This document shows positions 36,001 through 46,092 of a DNA stretch of 64,000 nucleotides, piece by piece. Each line of letters begins with the position of its first letter. Within the stretch, counting starts at the first letter, position 1. Below the pieces are notes generated by a model that worked only from the letters and a program-made list of their open reading frames with translations, was not told the origin of the DNA and searched no databases. Source of the stretch: Candidatus Spongiisociaceae bacterium (GTDB taxonomy: Bacteria > Actinomycetota > Acidimicrobiia > Spongiisociales > Spongiisociaceae); contig OZ241841.1 of assembly GCA_965202665.1 (NCBI GenBank), positions 453,743 through 517,742 on the forward strand. Direction: 5' to 3'. The position numbers were made by a program, and so were the translations under genes.

Positions 36001-38636
36001 TTGGAAGTAGCAGATGTGAACCTGGCCTGTACCCGCACCGCCGCCGTTGCCCCCTCCGACAGGGTCTTCTGCTCCCCGACCATCACATCCGTATCCGCTT
36101 TTACAGTCACCCCCAAATCATCATCGGCGATAACCAACGATGTTCCGCTGACCGAAAACCCCGTCGCGCTGCCCCCAATGTCGATGCTCTCCGCTCCCTC
36201 CGCGATCGTATCCCCGTCAATTAGCAAACCGGTCAACGCCGTAGCCGAGCTGGAGATGGAACCAGCCGGGATGCTCAACGTCAACGCCGTGCCCGGAGCG
36301 GTGAAATCCGCCGCCTCCGCGTTCTCACCCTCGCTGAACGACAACGTAACAGACGTGGCCCCGGTCAGCTCCGAAGTAGACGCCCCCGCAAACGCGGCCA
36401 TCACCGACGCCGCACCCGCGTTTGTCGCTCCCTCGCCCACCGACGACGAGCTGAGCGTCAACTCTATCATTTCCGTGATTTTCAAATCCGCGGGAATAAC
36501 CGTAAACCCGGCAGCGGAACCGGCGAACCGAATCGTTTCCTCCCCCTCCGCCACCGTGTCCGACAGGGGAGTAATGGTCACATCCGCGGTTGCCGACGTA
36601 TCACCCGACGGGATCACCAAGTCCACCGTTTCCGCTCCCCGGTCGTAGTCGCCGCTCGAACAAGACCGGGACTGGCCGCTCCCCGAACACACCCCCACCG
36701 TCGCCGTCCCACCCATAGCACCCACGTCTACGACGACGGACGTCTGCGAAGTCACCGCGGTTTCGGCGGTGGCTTTCACCCGCACCCTCCGCGCCCCCCC
36801 ACCCTCCGCTACCCCCGCCAACGCCGCCTCCCCGCTCGCCGCCTCATGCAAAGACAAATCCACCCGCGTCCCCGCATCGATAATCGGCAAATCCACCGAC
36901 TCCACCACCACATCCGACCCGCCCACCGACGCCGTACCCGACACCACCATCTTCTCCCCCGACTCACCCGTACCATCATCAAGAACCGTCACCGTAAACG
37001 TTTCGCTCGCCGACGTCCCACCCGCCGGAATGGAAATCGTGGTCGCATTACCCGTCAAACTGGTACAAGCATCATCCCCGCCAGACACCGGACACGACGA
37101 CGACAAAGCCGCCCCGCCCTCCCCCGCCACCGTCACCGCCACATCAGTAGCAGCTGTCAGAATAGACGACGACCCCTTAAACCGAGCCGTCACCCTAACC
37201 TGCTGCGCCCCCGCCTGCTCCTCCACCGACGACGGAGACACCTCCAACTCAACATCAGCGTCATCATCATAAATAGTCAACACAGACGACCGAGCGTCCC
37301 CCAACGCCGACGACCCACCCACCAAAAAAGTCTCCGGCCCCTCCACCACCGCATCATCGGTGATCGTCAACCCCGCCAACGTCGCCGTACCCGACGCAGT
37401 CACACTCCTAGCCGGAAAAGAAATCGTATTCGCCGTCGACGGAGCATACGAAAAATCAGCCGCCGCCGCCTTCCCCGCCCCCGCCGGAGTCTGCGCCTCC
37501 GCCGACAACGTCACCACCGTCGCCGAAGAAATCACCGACGACGTCGCATTCCAAAAAGCAGCCGCCACCGACACCCCCGAACCAGACGCCCCCTCCTCCA
37601 ACACAGCCTGATTCCCATCTTCGCCACCATCGGTATCCACCGTAAAACCCACCCGATTCGCATCCTTGACAGTAAGCGGGGTTGGGAACGCCGTCCAACC
37701 CATCGGAACACCTTGATTTAGCCTAACGTAAAATATCTCATCCGGCTCCACCACCCTATCTCTCATAACCCTCAGACCTATATAAGAGATACCACCACCC
37801 ACACCACTGTGAGTAGACTGAGAAACAGTATTGGCGGGTATGGTCATCCGCTGAATCTCGTCCCAATTATGTAATTGGTAGACATCGGTGGGACTGCCTT
37901 TCGAATCTTTCTGTATAGCGGTCCCGCTATCGAAATACAATTGCATATCCGCCAAAGCTTGGCCGTATGTCGAAGAAGTAGACTGGGTGAACACACCATT
38001 CGTCACCCCACCCAATACAGCCGTCGGTGCAGGTTCATATATATGACCATCGGGTCTATTCATAGATTCACCCTCTTCCTTCTCCGGCAAAACCTCATAC
38101 GACATGTTCACCTTAATCGCCCGATCCTGATCGGTGATAGTCAAAGTAGTCCCAGTCACCGTATACCCAGACTTAGAAGCGGTACCGGAGAAGGTGATAG
38201 TCTCATGCTCCTCCGTAATCCTATCCGCCCGCGTAAAAAGTTGCCAAGGGATTATATTATAACCGATCGTCTGACCCACACCAATAGTAACATTAAAATT
38301 AGTAGATGAGTCAATACACGCATCACCACCTCGACACTCCATCCTAGTTTCCAGTAGGGTAACGGTCCTGTACACATTATTTACGGTAGCGGTCCCACCC
38401 CGAGTAACCGTCACCGTCACACTAGAAGTCACCGCCGAAGGCACCGACGCCCTCAAAAAAAGGTACTTACCCGAAGTAGCACTGTCCTCCCCCACCGAAG
38501 TGATCGCGGCTCTGGCGCTCGTCGCCTCCACCACGCTGAGCGTAATCGCCGTCTGCGCCCCCACCGCCGCCGGCGCAACCGGCAACACCGACCACACCAA
38601 CCCCGCCGCCAACGACAACACCGCCAACCGCCGCAT
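33075..38636 (-). CDS. Giant SLH-anchored cell-surface protein, paralog B (shorter; B/C-type SLH anchor)
   Basis: ORF 33075..38687. The start is the ATG at 38636 (MRRLAVLSLAAGLVWSVLPVAPAAVGAQTA). It has Calx-beta-like repeats, a (G)25 linker, and a C-terminal anchor HEANIERIAGWRITLGCDTEDSTKYCPGAQITRRQMAAFLHRAV... that is nearly identical to paralog C. Confidence 0.85.
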   Translation of the reverse strand: MRRLAVLSLAAGLVWSVLPVAPAAVGAQTAITLSVVEATSARAAITSVGEDSATSGKYLFLRASVPSAVTSSVTVTVTRGGTATVNNVYRTVTLLETRMECRGGDACIDSSTNFNVTIGVGQTIGYNIIPWQLFTRADRITEEHETITFSGTASKSGYTVTGTTLTITDQDRAIKVNMSYEVLPEKEEGESMNRPDGHIYEPAPTAVLGGVTNGVFTQSTSSTYGQALADMQLYFDSGTAIQKDSKGSPTDVYQLHNWDEIQRMTIPANTVSQSTHSGVGGGISYIGLRVMRDRVVEPDEIFYVRLNQGVPMGWTAFPTPLTVKDANRVGFTVDTDGGEDGNQAVLEEGASGSGVSVAAAFWNATSSVISSATVVTLSAEAQTPAGAGKAAAADFSYAPSTANTISFPARSVTASGTATLAGLTITDDAVVEGPETFLVGGSSALGDARSSVLTIYDDDADVELEVSPSSVEEQAGAQQVRVTARFKGSSSILTAATDVAVTVAGEGGAALSSSCPVSGGDDACTSLTGNATTISIPAGGTSASETFTVTVLDDGTGESGEKMVVSGTASVGGSDVVVESVDLPIIDAGTRVDLSLHEAASGEAALAGVAEGGGARRVRVKATAETAVTSQTSVVVDVGAMGGTATVGVCSGSGQSRSCSSGDYDRGAETVDLVIPSGDTSATADVTITPLSDTVAEGEETIRFAGSAAGFTVIPADLKITEMIELTLSSSSVGEGATNAGAASVMAAFAGASTSELTGATSVTLSFSEGENAEAADFTAPGTALTLSIPAGSISSSATALTGLLIDGDTIAEGAESIDIGGSATGFSVSGTSLVIADDDLGVTVKADTDVMVGEQKTLSEGATAAVRVQARFTSATSNDLGSALQVRVTAGVSSPQSAAGGGVDFTAPATPVTVSIPAGQSSLASPWVNLSGLSVADDAETEAAETFAITGTVVGRSGVTVTSDTLTIGASDTALEVTASPGTVYESGAAHDVTVTAGFAGASSSALAAGTDVTVAVAAGDSNGATMAASCSAIGQNDVCTDQTGNSFTITIPAGEVSHTGTFKLTARDDGTQEATTETVKITGSATVAGESESDTDTINVVDSAITLTLAKSGSSVSALDENSGSSTIRVTATLPTGVTVPSGGVVVGLRIAEGSTAVAASNNVWADGEDYRVTWPSKPTGTPGGYSTGITIAQGSTNSFADVTIVVNDDSVAEPAKTILFEGSDVTISADTYQTVDASLTLNDNDSPPTVIDVSLYEDDGGEVGAELTQVPEGGTSTTVRVRAAFQGTATRSAATFVPIVVGKPSGEATEGTDYETVGDFTVAIPAYQSSGVSSFVLRTDGTYNDAAFEGPETLTVAGGTLAGFTIGEDTLSILDDDLTVILAVTPDEVTEGDANITLSLRAAYPGTETLGASQTVSLAYGGTASSSDFTASALADMTISANQNSATPQTITLSAVADDNIAEGDETLQIIGTLAGFTVEPATLTIKDNDAPPTSVQISLSRTSVAETTGATAAIATRFPAGSNPLSTDTAVTFSLGGDAIRNSDYRISNLTAVIPAGQTQAPNLTITIINDNTPERAERIVLTATAPAGLTPSPATLTLAIPANDAPPPSPSGGGGSGGGGGGGGGGGGGGGGGGGGGTPPPAAPPPAPAPPPEPVCQGRFCDDDGSVHEANIERIAGWRITLGCDTEDSTKYCPGAQITRRQMAAFLHRAVSQRWTIQPPEDIEISDVPADAWYRTYAEWGVSVNAFALTDGNFNPGGVVTRADMAIMMIAAFPHLQSVEEPQNLFQDATGLDPAIIRAIEGMYGRGVTRGCATTPLNYCPNKPVTRAQMASFFVRAVNLAPAATGGN

Positions 38637-38687
38637 CACCCAACCTCCAATCCTCCACACGGCGCCGCGAACCGGCACCCTACGCAA

Positions 38688-38714
38688 ACGCTACCCCCCC
38701 CCCCAATATGTCAA
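38688..38714 (-). promoter_or_regulatory. Promoter-like element of paralog B: TTGACA-tatt-G11-TAGCGT (15-bp spacer)
   Basis: The + strand reads acgcta C11 aata tgtcaa. It is a variant with the duplicated -35 region TTGACTTGACA. Confidence 0.45.
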
Positions 38715-38855
38715 GTCAATCCCCCGCGCCAAGCGGTCGCGTAAACCGGGACATGTCAGTTGCGATGACCGCACCTTCCTGCACGTTGGGCTGTAACTCC
38801 GCTTAGGTCGCCAAGAAAGCCGCCGGTTGGTACGCGGAGCGGAGGGGGGCGGGGG

Positions 38856-41800
38856 TTATGAGCCGGCGGCGGCGGGGGCGAGGTTGACGGCGCGGACGAA
38901 GAAGGAGGCCATCTGCGCTCTGGTTACGGGTTTGTTGGGGCAGTAGTTGAGGGGGGTGGTGGTGCAGCCTCTGGTTACGCTTCTGCCGTACATTCCTTCG
39001 ATGGCCCGTATTATCGTCGGGTCTAGTCCTGTTGCGTCTTGGAAGAGGTTTTGGGGTTCTTCTACGGGTTGGAGGTGGGGGAAGGCGGCGATCATCATGA
39101 TGGCCATGTCGGCTCGGGTTACTACTCCGCCGGGGTTGAAGTTTCCGTCGGTGAGTTCGAAGGCGTTTATGGAGACGCCCCATTCGGCGTAGGTGCGGTA
39201 CCAGGCGTCTTGGGATACGTCGTTGATTTCTATGTTTTGGGGGTTTTGGATGGTCCAGCGTTGGCTGACGGCGCGGTGGAGGAAGGCGGCCATTTGCCTG
39301 CGGGTGATTTGGGCTCCGGGGCAGTATTTGGTGGAGTCGGTGGCGTCGCAGCCGAGGGTGATTCTCCATCCGGCTATCCGTTCGATGTTGGCTTCATGGA
39401 CGCTGCCGTCGTCGTCGCAGAATCGTCCTTGGCATGCCGGTTCGGGGGGAGGCGCGGGGGCGGGTGGGGGCGCGGTCGGCGGGGCGGCCGGGGGCGGTGG
39501 GGCTGGGGCGCCGCCGCCTCCTCCTCCGCCGCCACCTCCTCCGCCGCCACCTCCCCCGCCGCCACCTCCGCCTCCGGCGGGCGGGTTTCCTCCGCTGGGA
39601 GCGGGGGGTGGGGCGGGGGGTGGGGCGTCGTTGTCGGTGATGGTGAGGGTGAGGGTGGAGGGGTTGGGGGTTAATCCGGCTGGGGTGGCGGCGGTGAGGA
39701 CGATTCGTTCGTTTGGTTCGTCGTCGGTGTCATGGAGGATGGTTATGGTGAGGTTGGGGGCTTGGGTTTGCCCGGCGGGGATGACCGCGGTCAGGCTGTT
39801 TATTCGGTAGTCGGAGTTGCGTTGGGCGTTTCCGCTGAGGGTGAAAGCGACGGCGGTGTCGGTGGGGAGCGTGTCGGACCCGGCGGGTAAGCGGGTGGCG
39901 ATGGTAGCGGTAGCGCCGGTAGTTTCAGCCAGGTTGTTGGCGGAGAGGCTGATTTGGATGCCGGCGGGCCGGTCGTCGTCGTCTTTGATAGTGAAGACGG
40001 CGGGGGTGACGGCGTATCCGGCGACCGTTCCGGTTATTTGCAAGGTTTCGTCTCCCTCGGCAATGCTGTCTTCGGTGGTTTGCAGGGCGAAGGTGGGGAG
40101 GGTGGCGCTGTTTTGGTTGGCGGGGATGGTCAGAGAGGTAAGAGAGGGGGCGGTGTAGTCAGCTCCGGCGACGGCGTCTCCTCCGAGGGCCAGGTTTACG
40201 GTTTGGGAAGTGGTGAGGGCCGCGCCCGGGTAGGCGGCTCGCAGGGTTGCGGCCGCGACCGCGTCGCCTTCGTTCACCTCGTCTGGGGTGAGGGTGAGGG
40301 TGATGGTTTCGTCGTCGATGATGGTGAGGGTGTCTTGCCCGATAGTGAAACCGGCGAGGGTTCCGCCGGCGACGGTCAACGTTTCGTTCCCTTCAAGGTT
40401 TTCGTCGTCATATGTTCCGTCGGTTTTGAGGGTGAAAGTGCCGGTTCCGCTGGTTTGGTAGGGGTCGATCACCAAGTTGAAGGCGCTTACCGTTTGATAA
40501 TCGGTTCCTGGTGTGGATTCCCCGGCGGCTTTACCGACCACAATCGGCACGGAAGTTGCGGCGGAGCGGGTGACGGTTCCCTGAAAAGAAGCCCGCACCC
40601 ACACTACATCTTCGCCGCCTTCAGGTACTTGGGTAAGCGCCGCCCCGATGTCGCCTTCGTCGTCGCGGTGGAGGGCGAGGTCGATGTTGGCGGGCGGGTC
40701 GTCGTTGTCGCTGATAGTAAGCGCGGCGGCTACCGCGTGGTAGACGACGCTGCTGATGGTTACCGTGCTGCCGTTGACGGTTATGGTTTTGTCCGGTTCG
40801 TCTACGCTGTCGTCGTTTACCGTGATGGTAATATCGGCGGCGCCGCTGGTTTGCCCCTGCGCGATGGTGACGCCGGTGGCGTATCCATCAGGAGTGGAGG
40901 CTGGTTTGGGGGGCAGGCTGATCCGGTAGTCTTCTTGTTCCGTCCAGACGTTGTCGGAGTCCGCAGTAGCGCTACCGGCTATGTTCAGGCCTACAACCAC
41001 CCCGCCGGAGGGGACGGTCGTACCGGTGGGGATGGTGGCGGTCACCCGTATGGTGGCAGACGCGCTGCTCTCGGACAACGTAGATATGGCGTTGTTGTTG
41101 GAGGCGTTGGTTAGGGAAAGGGTGATGCCGCTGTCTACAACGTTGATAGTGTCGGAATCCGATTCTGATTCTCCGGCGACGGTGGCCGAGCCGGTTATTT
41201 TCACCTTTTCCACGCTTTCCGGCGTGTTGTCGTCCCGGGCGGTCAGCTGGAACGTTCCCGTATGGCTGGTTTGCCCGGCGGGGATGGTGACGGTAAACGA
41301 GTTGCCCGTCTGATCGGTGCAAACATCGTTCTGTCCGATCGCGGAGCACGACGCCGCTACCGTCGCTGGGTCGGTGTCCCCGGCCGCTACCGCTACCGTC
41401 ACCGCGGTGCCCGCCGACAAAGCCGATGAGGTCGCTCCGGCGAACCCGGCGGTCACCCTTATCGTATGAGCAGAACCGCTTTCATGCACCGTCCCCGGCG
41501 ACGCGGCAACCTCCAAAGCGGTGTCGCTGGCCCCGATAGTCAACGTATCCGAAGTTATCGTCACGTCGCTTCTCCCGGAAACGGTACCGGTGATGGCAAA
41601 GGTCTCCGCCGGTTCAGTCACAGTGTCGTCCGTAACCGCAAGTCCTGTCAGGTTCGCCCATGCGCTTTCCAGGCTGCTTGTACCGGTGGGAATGGACACC
41701 GTAACCGGCGTAGCGGGAGCGGTGAAATCTGTTCCCCCGCCCACCGCCGACTCCGGCGACGAAACCCCGGCGGCGACGCGCACCTGCAGAGCGGAACCTA

Positions 41801-44800
41801 AATCATTGGAGGTAGCGGTGGTGAACTTGGCCCGTACCCGCACCGCGGGGGTGGTTCCTTCCGACAGGTTTTTTTGCTCCCCGTTCATTACGCTGTCCGT
41901 ATCCGCCTCTACGGTCACTCCCAAATCGTCGTCTGCTATCTCCAGCTCGGTTCCGCTGACTCGGAAGCCCCCCGCCGTGCCTCCGATGTCGATCTTCTCC
42001 GCTCCCTCGGCGATGGCATCCCCCGTGATCAGCAAACCGGTCAAGGCGGTAGCCGAGCTGGAGACGGAACCAGCGGGGATGCTCACCGTTAGCGCGGCGC
42101 CCGGGGCGGTGAAATCCGCCGCTTCCGCGTCCTCACCCGCCCCGAAAGTCAACGTGACATCCGTTGCTTGGGTGAGTAAGGAGCTAGACGCCCCAGCAAA
42201 GGAAGCCGTCACCGACGCCGCTCCCGCGTTTCCCGCTCCCTCACCCACCGAAGACCGGCTGACCGTCAACTGGATGGCTTCAGTGATGGACAGGTCGGCG
42301 GAGTCGGGCAGATACCCAGTAGCGGAGGCGGTGAAACGAATAGTTTCCGCCCCCTCGGCTGTTCCATCATCCCGGGGAGTGAGCACAACGTCGGCTGTTC
42401 CATCGGCTTGGTTGCTGTTGATGGTGATAGTCGCGGTGGCGCTCCCGCGGGTGTAATCCCCAGTGGATCCCAGGGTGGCGGTCCCGCCTGCGGCCCCCAC
42501 GTTTACGGTCACTGTGGTAGCCGACGCGGCGTTTCCGCCGAGGGTGGCTTTCACCCGTACCGTCTGCGCGCCCCCGTCCTCGGTAATACCCGACAGGGCA
42601 GGGTCGCCGCTGGAGGCCTGATGGAAGGACAAAGTAATCTGCCGGTCTGGGTCGTAAACGCCCATCTGGGCGGGAGCTACCGAGCCTATGGAAGTAGCAC
42701 CGGTGAGCTTCAAGTATTCGATATCCTCGGTGTTATCCTCGTCGACGCGGGCTCGCATTTGGAAGGAACCCGAGGCGTTGACGTCCCCGGCGGGGATGCT
42801 GATCGTAAACTGATTGTTCGTTTGGTCGGTGCACACATCCGCCGATGACGAAAAAGGACACGCCGCCGTCTGTACCCCTGCCCAGTTGGTGTCCGCTGGG
42901 GCGACTGTCACTGTTACCGGAGTCGCCGCCGACAACACCGAAGTGGCCCCCTGGAAACGGGCGGTTACCGTAATCTGATGCGCCGCCGCTTGCTCCACCA
43001 CCTCCGCCGGAGACGCCGACAAAGTCACGTCAACGTCATCATCAACGATAGTCACCGTGTCCGAAGCCACCGTCGCGCCGCCCGTTGCGGTACCGGTGAC
43101 GAGAAACGTCTCCGACCCTTCCGCTACCGTATCATCCGCTACCGACAACCCGGTGAGATCCGCCCAGCTGCTTTGCAAGCTGGTCGACCCGGTTGGTATA
43201 GACAACACCACCGCCGTACCGGGAGCTGTGAAATCAACACCCCCTCCAGTCGCCGACGCCGGCGACGAAGCCCCCGCGGTGACGCTTATTTGCAGAGCGG
43301 ATCCTAAACCATTGGAAGTGGCGCTAGTGAAAGCGGCACGCACCCGCACCGCCGCCGCCTCACCCTCCGACAGGTTTCTCTGCACCCCGGACGCGCTGTC
43401 CGTGTCCACCGTCAAAGTAACCCCCATATCATCGTCGGTTATCGCCAACTCCGTTCCGCTCACCCCAAACCCCTCCGCCGTCCCCCCAACATCGATTTTC
43501 TCCTCCCCTTCCGCGATCGCATCCCCCGTAATAAGCAAACCAGACAAAGCGGTAGCGGAACTAGAAGTGGAAAAAGCCGGGATGCTCAACGTCAACGCCG
43601 GGGCGGTGAAATCCTGAGCCTCCGCGTTCTCGCCCGCCCCAAACGACAACGTAACAACCGTCGCCCCGCTCAACTCTGAAGTAGTCGCCCCCGCGAAGGC
43701 GGCCGTCACCGTCGCCGCTCCCGCGTTCGTTGCGCCCTCGCCAACCGATGACTGGCTAAGCGTCAACGTAATCTCTTCCGTGATTTTCAAATCAACGGGA
43801 AACACCGTGAACCCGGAAGCGGAACCGGTAAATCGAACAGTTTCCTCCCCCTCCGCCACCGTATCCGACAAAGGAGTGATCGTCACATCCGCCGTCCCGG
43901 AAGTCTCACCCGACGCAATCGTCACATCCACCGTCTCCGCCCCCCGATCATAATCACCGCTCGCGCAAGACCGGGACTGACCGCTCCCCGAGCACGTCCC
44001 CAAAGTCGCCGTCCCCCCCGCCGCCCCCACGTTCACGCTAATGGTCGTGTCCGAGGTCACCGCCGCCCCCGCAGTAGCCTTCACCCGCACCGTCTCCGCC
44101 CCTCCATCCTCCGCTATCCCAGCCAACGCCGCCTCCCCGCTCGTCGCCTCATGCAACGACAAATCCACCCGCGTCCCCGCGTCGATAATCGGCAAATCCG
44201 CCGACTCCACCGCCACCGCTGTCCCACCCACCGACGCCGCCCCCGACACCGTCAACTTCTCCCCCGTCTCGCTCGTACTATCATCAGAAACCGTCACCAT
44301 AAACGTGTCGCTCCCCGACGTCGCACCCGCCGGAATAGACACCGTCATCTGATTATTAGTCAAACTAGTACAAGCATCGTTCGTATTCGCCGGACACCCC
44401 AAAGAAGCCCCGCCCGCCCCCGCCACCGTCACCGCCACGTCAGTAGCCGACGTCAAAACCGACGACGAACCCTTAAACCGAGCCGTCACCGTAACCTCCT
44501 GCGACCCCGCCTGCTCAGACACCGCCAACGGAGACACCTCCAACTCAATATCAGCATCGTTGTCATAAATCGTCAACGTGTCCGCCGTAGCGGATCCCAG
44601 CGCCGACGACCCACCCACCAGAAAAGTTTCCGGCCCCTCCACTATCGCGTCGTCGGTGATCGTCAACCCCGCCAACGTAGCCGTATCCGAAGGAGTGACG
44701 CTTCTAGCCGGGAAAGAAATCGTATTCGCCGTGGACGGAGCATACGTGAAATCAGCCGATGTGGCCTTCCCCGCTCCCGCCGGGGTCTGCGCCGTCGCCG

Positions 44801-45926
44801 ACAACGTCACCGTCGTCGCCGAAGAAATCACCGACGACGTCGCGTTCCAAAAACTAGCCGACACCGACACCCCCGACCCGGAATCCCCCTCCGTCAACAC
44901 ATCCTGATTCCCCATAGCCTCACTATCGGTATCCACCGTCAAATCCACCCGACTATTAGCATCCTTAACAGTTATCGGTGTCTTATACTGTGTCCAACCC
45001 GGAACGTCCACCCTAAGATAAAAAGTCTCATCCAGCTCCACCTTCCCATCAGTTACCGTTGTTAAAGAAAGTCTAATAGGTGTGAAAGTTCCGGAAAGAG
45101 AGTTGGCGTTTATCGTCACAGACAAAGGATCATTCCAATGATCATGCTGATGATAGATATCGTAGGCACCACTTCTATCCGAGTGGCTTACCGTAGCTGT
45201 CCCGCTGTCAATTCTTATTTGCTTATCCGAAATATTTTGGCTGTACGTCGAAGAAGTAGAAGCAGTGAACACACCATTAGTCACCCCACCCACGATAGCC
45301 TTCGGCGTAGTAAAATTGCCTTTACCATAGTTAATATAACCCGAAGATTCACCTTCTTTTAGCTCCGACAATACTAAATAATCCGATGGTACAACTACTT
45401 TAACCGCCCGGTCCTGATCGGTAATCGTCAAAGTAGCGTCAGTCACCGTATACCCGGAAGCGGTGCCGCTGATCAGGATGGTCTTATGATCCTCCGTAAT
45501 CTTATCCGACTTCAGATAGAATTTAGTGGCAAAACGATCAGTATAGGTAGTAGTGCCCGCGCTGATTGTTACTGAAGAAGGTACGTTAACACAGTAATCA
45601 GCACCATTGCAAACAATCCTCGGAGGACGCCCTAATCTATAATCCTCGGTGGTTCTAGCATCACGCCATGTTGATCCAGAGGCGGTACCGCTCGGCGTAC
45701 TATCAAGCGACACCCGCAAATCGGAGGATGGCGCCGAGGTCACCGACGCCTTCAAACGCAAATCCCTCGAACCGATGTCCTCCCCCAACGCGGTCACCGC
45801 GTTGCCCGAAGAATCAACCCAACTGAGCGTAACCACATTTGCCTGCGCCCCCACCCCCGCAGGCACGGCTGGCAACACCGACAGTACCATCCCCGTCGCC
45901 AACGCCAACAGCCCCAGCCGTCGCAT
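38856..45926 (-). CDS. Giant SLH-anchored cell-surface protein, paralog C
   Basis: ORF 38856..46010. The start is the ATG at 45926 (MRRLGLLALATGMVLSVLPAVPAGVGAQAN). It has Calx-beta-like repeats, a (G)24 linker and three SLH domains. Confidence 0.85.
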   Translation of the reverse strand: MRRLGLLALATGMVLSVLPAVPAGVGAQANVVTLSWVDSSGNAVTALGEDIGSRDLRLKASVTSAPSSDLRVSLDSTPSGTASGSTWRDARTTEDYRLGRPPRIVCNGADYCVNVPSSVTISAGTTTYTDRFATKFYLKSDKITEDHKTILISGTASGYTVTDATLTITDQDRAVKVVVPSDYLVLSELKEGESSGYINYGKGNFTTPKAIVGGVTNGVFTASTSSTYSQNISDKQIRIDSGTATVSHSDRSGAYDIYHQHDHWNDPLSVTINANSLSGTFTPIRLSLTTVTDGKVELDETFYLRVDVPGWTQYKTPITVKDANSRVDLTVDTDSEAMGNQDVLTEGDSGSGVSVSASFWNATSSVISSATTVTLSATAQTPAGAGKATSADFTYAPSTANTISFPARSVTPSDTATLAGLTITDDAIVEGPETFLVGGSSALGSATADTLTIYDNDADIELEVSPLAVSEQAGSQEVTVTARFKGSSSVLTSATDVAVTVAGAGGASLGCPANTNDACTSLTNNQMTVSIPAGATSGSDTFMVTVSDDSTSETGEKLTVSGAASVGGTAVAVESADLPIIDAGTRVDLSLHEATSGEAALAGIAEDGGAETVRVKATAGAAVTSDTTISVNVGAAGGTATLGTCSGSGQSRSCASGDYDRGAETVDVTIASGETSGTADVTITPLSDTVAEGEETVRFTGSASGFTVFPVDLKITEEITLTLSQSSVGEGATNAGAATVTAAFAGATTSELSGATVVTLSFGAGENAEAQDFTAPALTLSIPAFSTSSSATALSGLLITGDAIAEGEEKIDVGGTAEGFGVSGTELAITDDDMGVTLTVDTDSASGVQRNLSEGEAAAVRVRAAFTSATSNGLGSALQISVTAGASSPASATGGGVDFTAPGTAVVLSIPTGSTSLQSSWADLTGLSVADDTVAEGSETFLVTGTATGGATVASDTVTIVDDDVDVTLSASPAEVVEQAAAHQITVTARFQGATSVLSAATPVTVTVAPADTNWAGVQTAACPFSSSADVCTDQTNNQFTISIPAGDVNASGSFQMRARVDEDNTEDIEYLKLTGATSIGSVAPAQMGVYDPDRQITLSFHQASSGDPALSGITEDGGAQTVRVKATLGGNAASATTVTVNVGAAGGTATLGSTGDYTRGSATATITINSNQADGTADVVLTPRDDGTAEGAETIRFTASATGYLPDSADLSITEAIQLTVSRSSVGEGAGNAGAASVTASFAGASSSLLTQATDVTLTFGAGEDAEAADFTAPGAALTVSIPAGSVSSSATALTGLLITGDAIAEGAEKIDIGGTAGGFRVSGTELEIADDDLGVTVEADTDSVMNGEQKNLSEGTTPAVRVRAKFTTATSNDLGSALQVRVAAGVSSPESAVGGGTDFTAPATPVTVSIPTGTSSLESAWANLTGLAVTDDTVTEPAETFAITGTVSGRSDVTITSDTLTIGASDTALEVAASPGTVHESGSAHTIRVTAGFAGATSSALSAGTAVTVAVAAGDTDPATVAASCSAIGQNDVCTDQTGNSFTVTIPAGQTSHTGTFQLTARDDNTPESVEKVKITGSATVAGESESDSDTINVVDSGITLSLTNASNNNAISTLSESSASATIRVTATIPTGTTVPSGGVVVGLNIAGSATADSDNVWTEQEDYRISLPPKPASTPDGYATGVTIAQGQTSGAADITITVNDDSVDEPDKTITVNGSTVTISSVVYHAVAAALTISDNDDPPANIDLALHRDDEGDIGAALTQVPEGGEDVVWVRASFQGTVTRSAATSVPIVVGKAAGESTPGTDYQTVSAFNLVIDPYQTSGTGTFTLKTDGTYDDENLEGNETLTVAGGTLAGFTIGQDTLTIIDDETITLTLTPDEVNEGDAVAAATLRAAYPGAALTTSQTVNLALGGDAVAGADYTAPSLTSLTIPANQNSATLPTFALQTTEDSIAEGDETLQITGTVAGYAVTPAVFTIKDDDDRPAGIQISLSANNLAETTGATATIATRLPAGSDTLPTDTAVAFTLSGNAQRNSDYRINSLTAVIPAGQTQAPNLTITILHDTDDEPNERIVLTAATPAGLTPNPSTLTLTITDNDAPPPAPPPAPSGGNPPAGGGGGGGGGGGGGGGGGGGGGGAPAPPPPAAPPTAPPPAPAPPPEPACQGRFCDDDGSVHEANIERIAGWRITLGCDATDSTKYCPGAQITRRQMAAFLHRAVSQRWTIQNPQNIEINDVSQDAWYRTYAEWGVSINAFELTDGNFNPGGVVTRADMAIMMIAAFPHLQPVEEPQNLFQDATGLDPTIIRAIEGMYGRSVTRGCTTTPLNYCPNKPVTRAQMASFFVRAVNLAPAAAGS

Positions 45927-45982
45927 CACCCAACCTCCATCTTCGCTTCCGGTCCAACCCGTAAACGGGACCGATGCGAAAA

Positions 45983-46011
45983 ACGCTACCCCCCCCCCCC
46001 AATTTGTCAAA
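45983..46011 (-). promoter_or_regulatory. Promoter-like element of paralog C: TTGACA-aatt-G13-TAGCGT (17-bp spacer)
   Basis: The + strand reads acgcta C13 aatt tgtcaa. Confidence 0.5.
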
Positions 46012-46092
46012 TTAAGCCTCCGCGCCAGCGGAGGCGTTGAACCACTTTGCGCCGTTTCCCCAATTAGGCCACCTTTTGAACAGGAGGGTGGG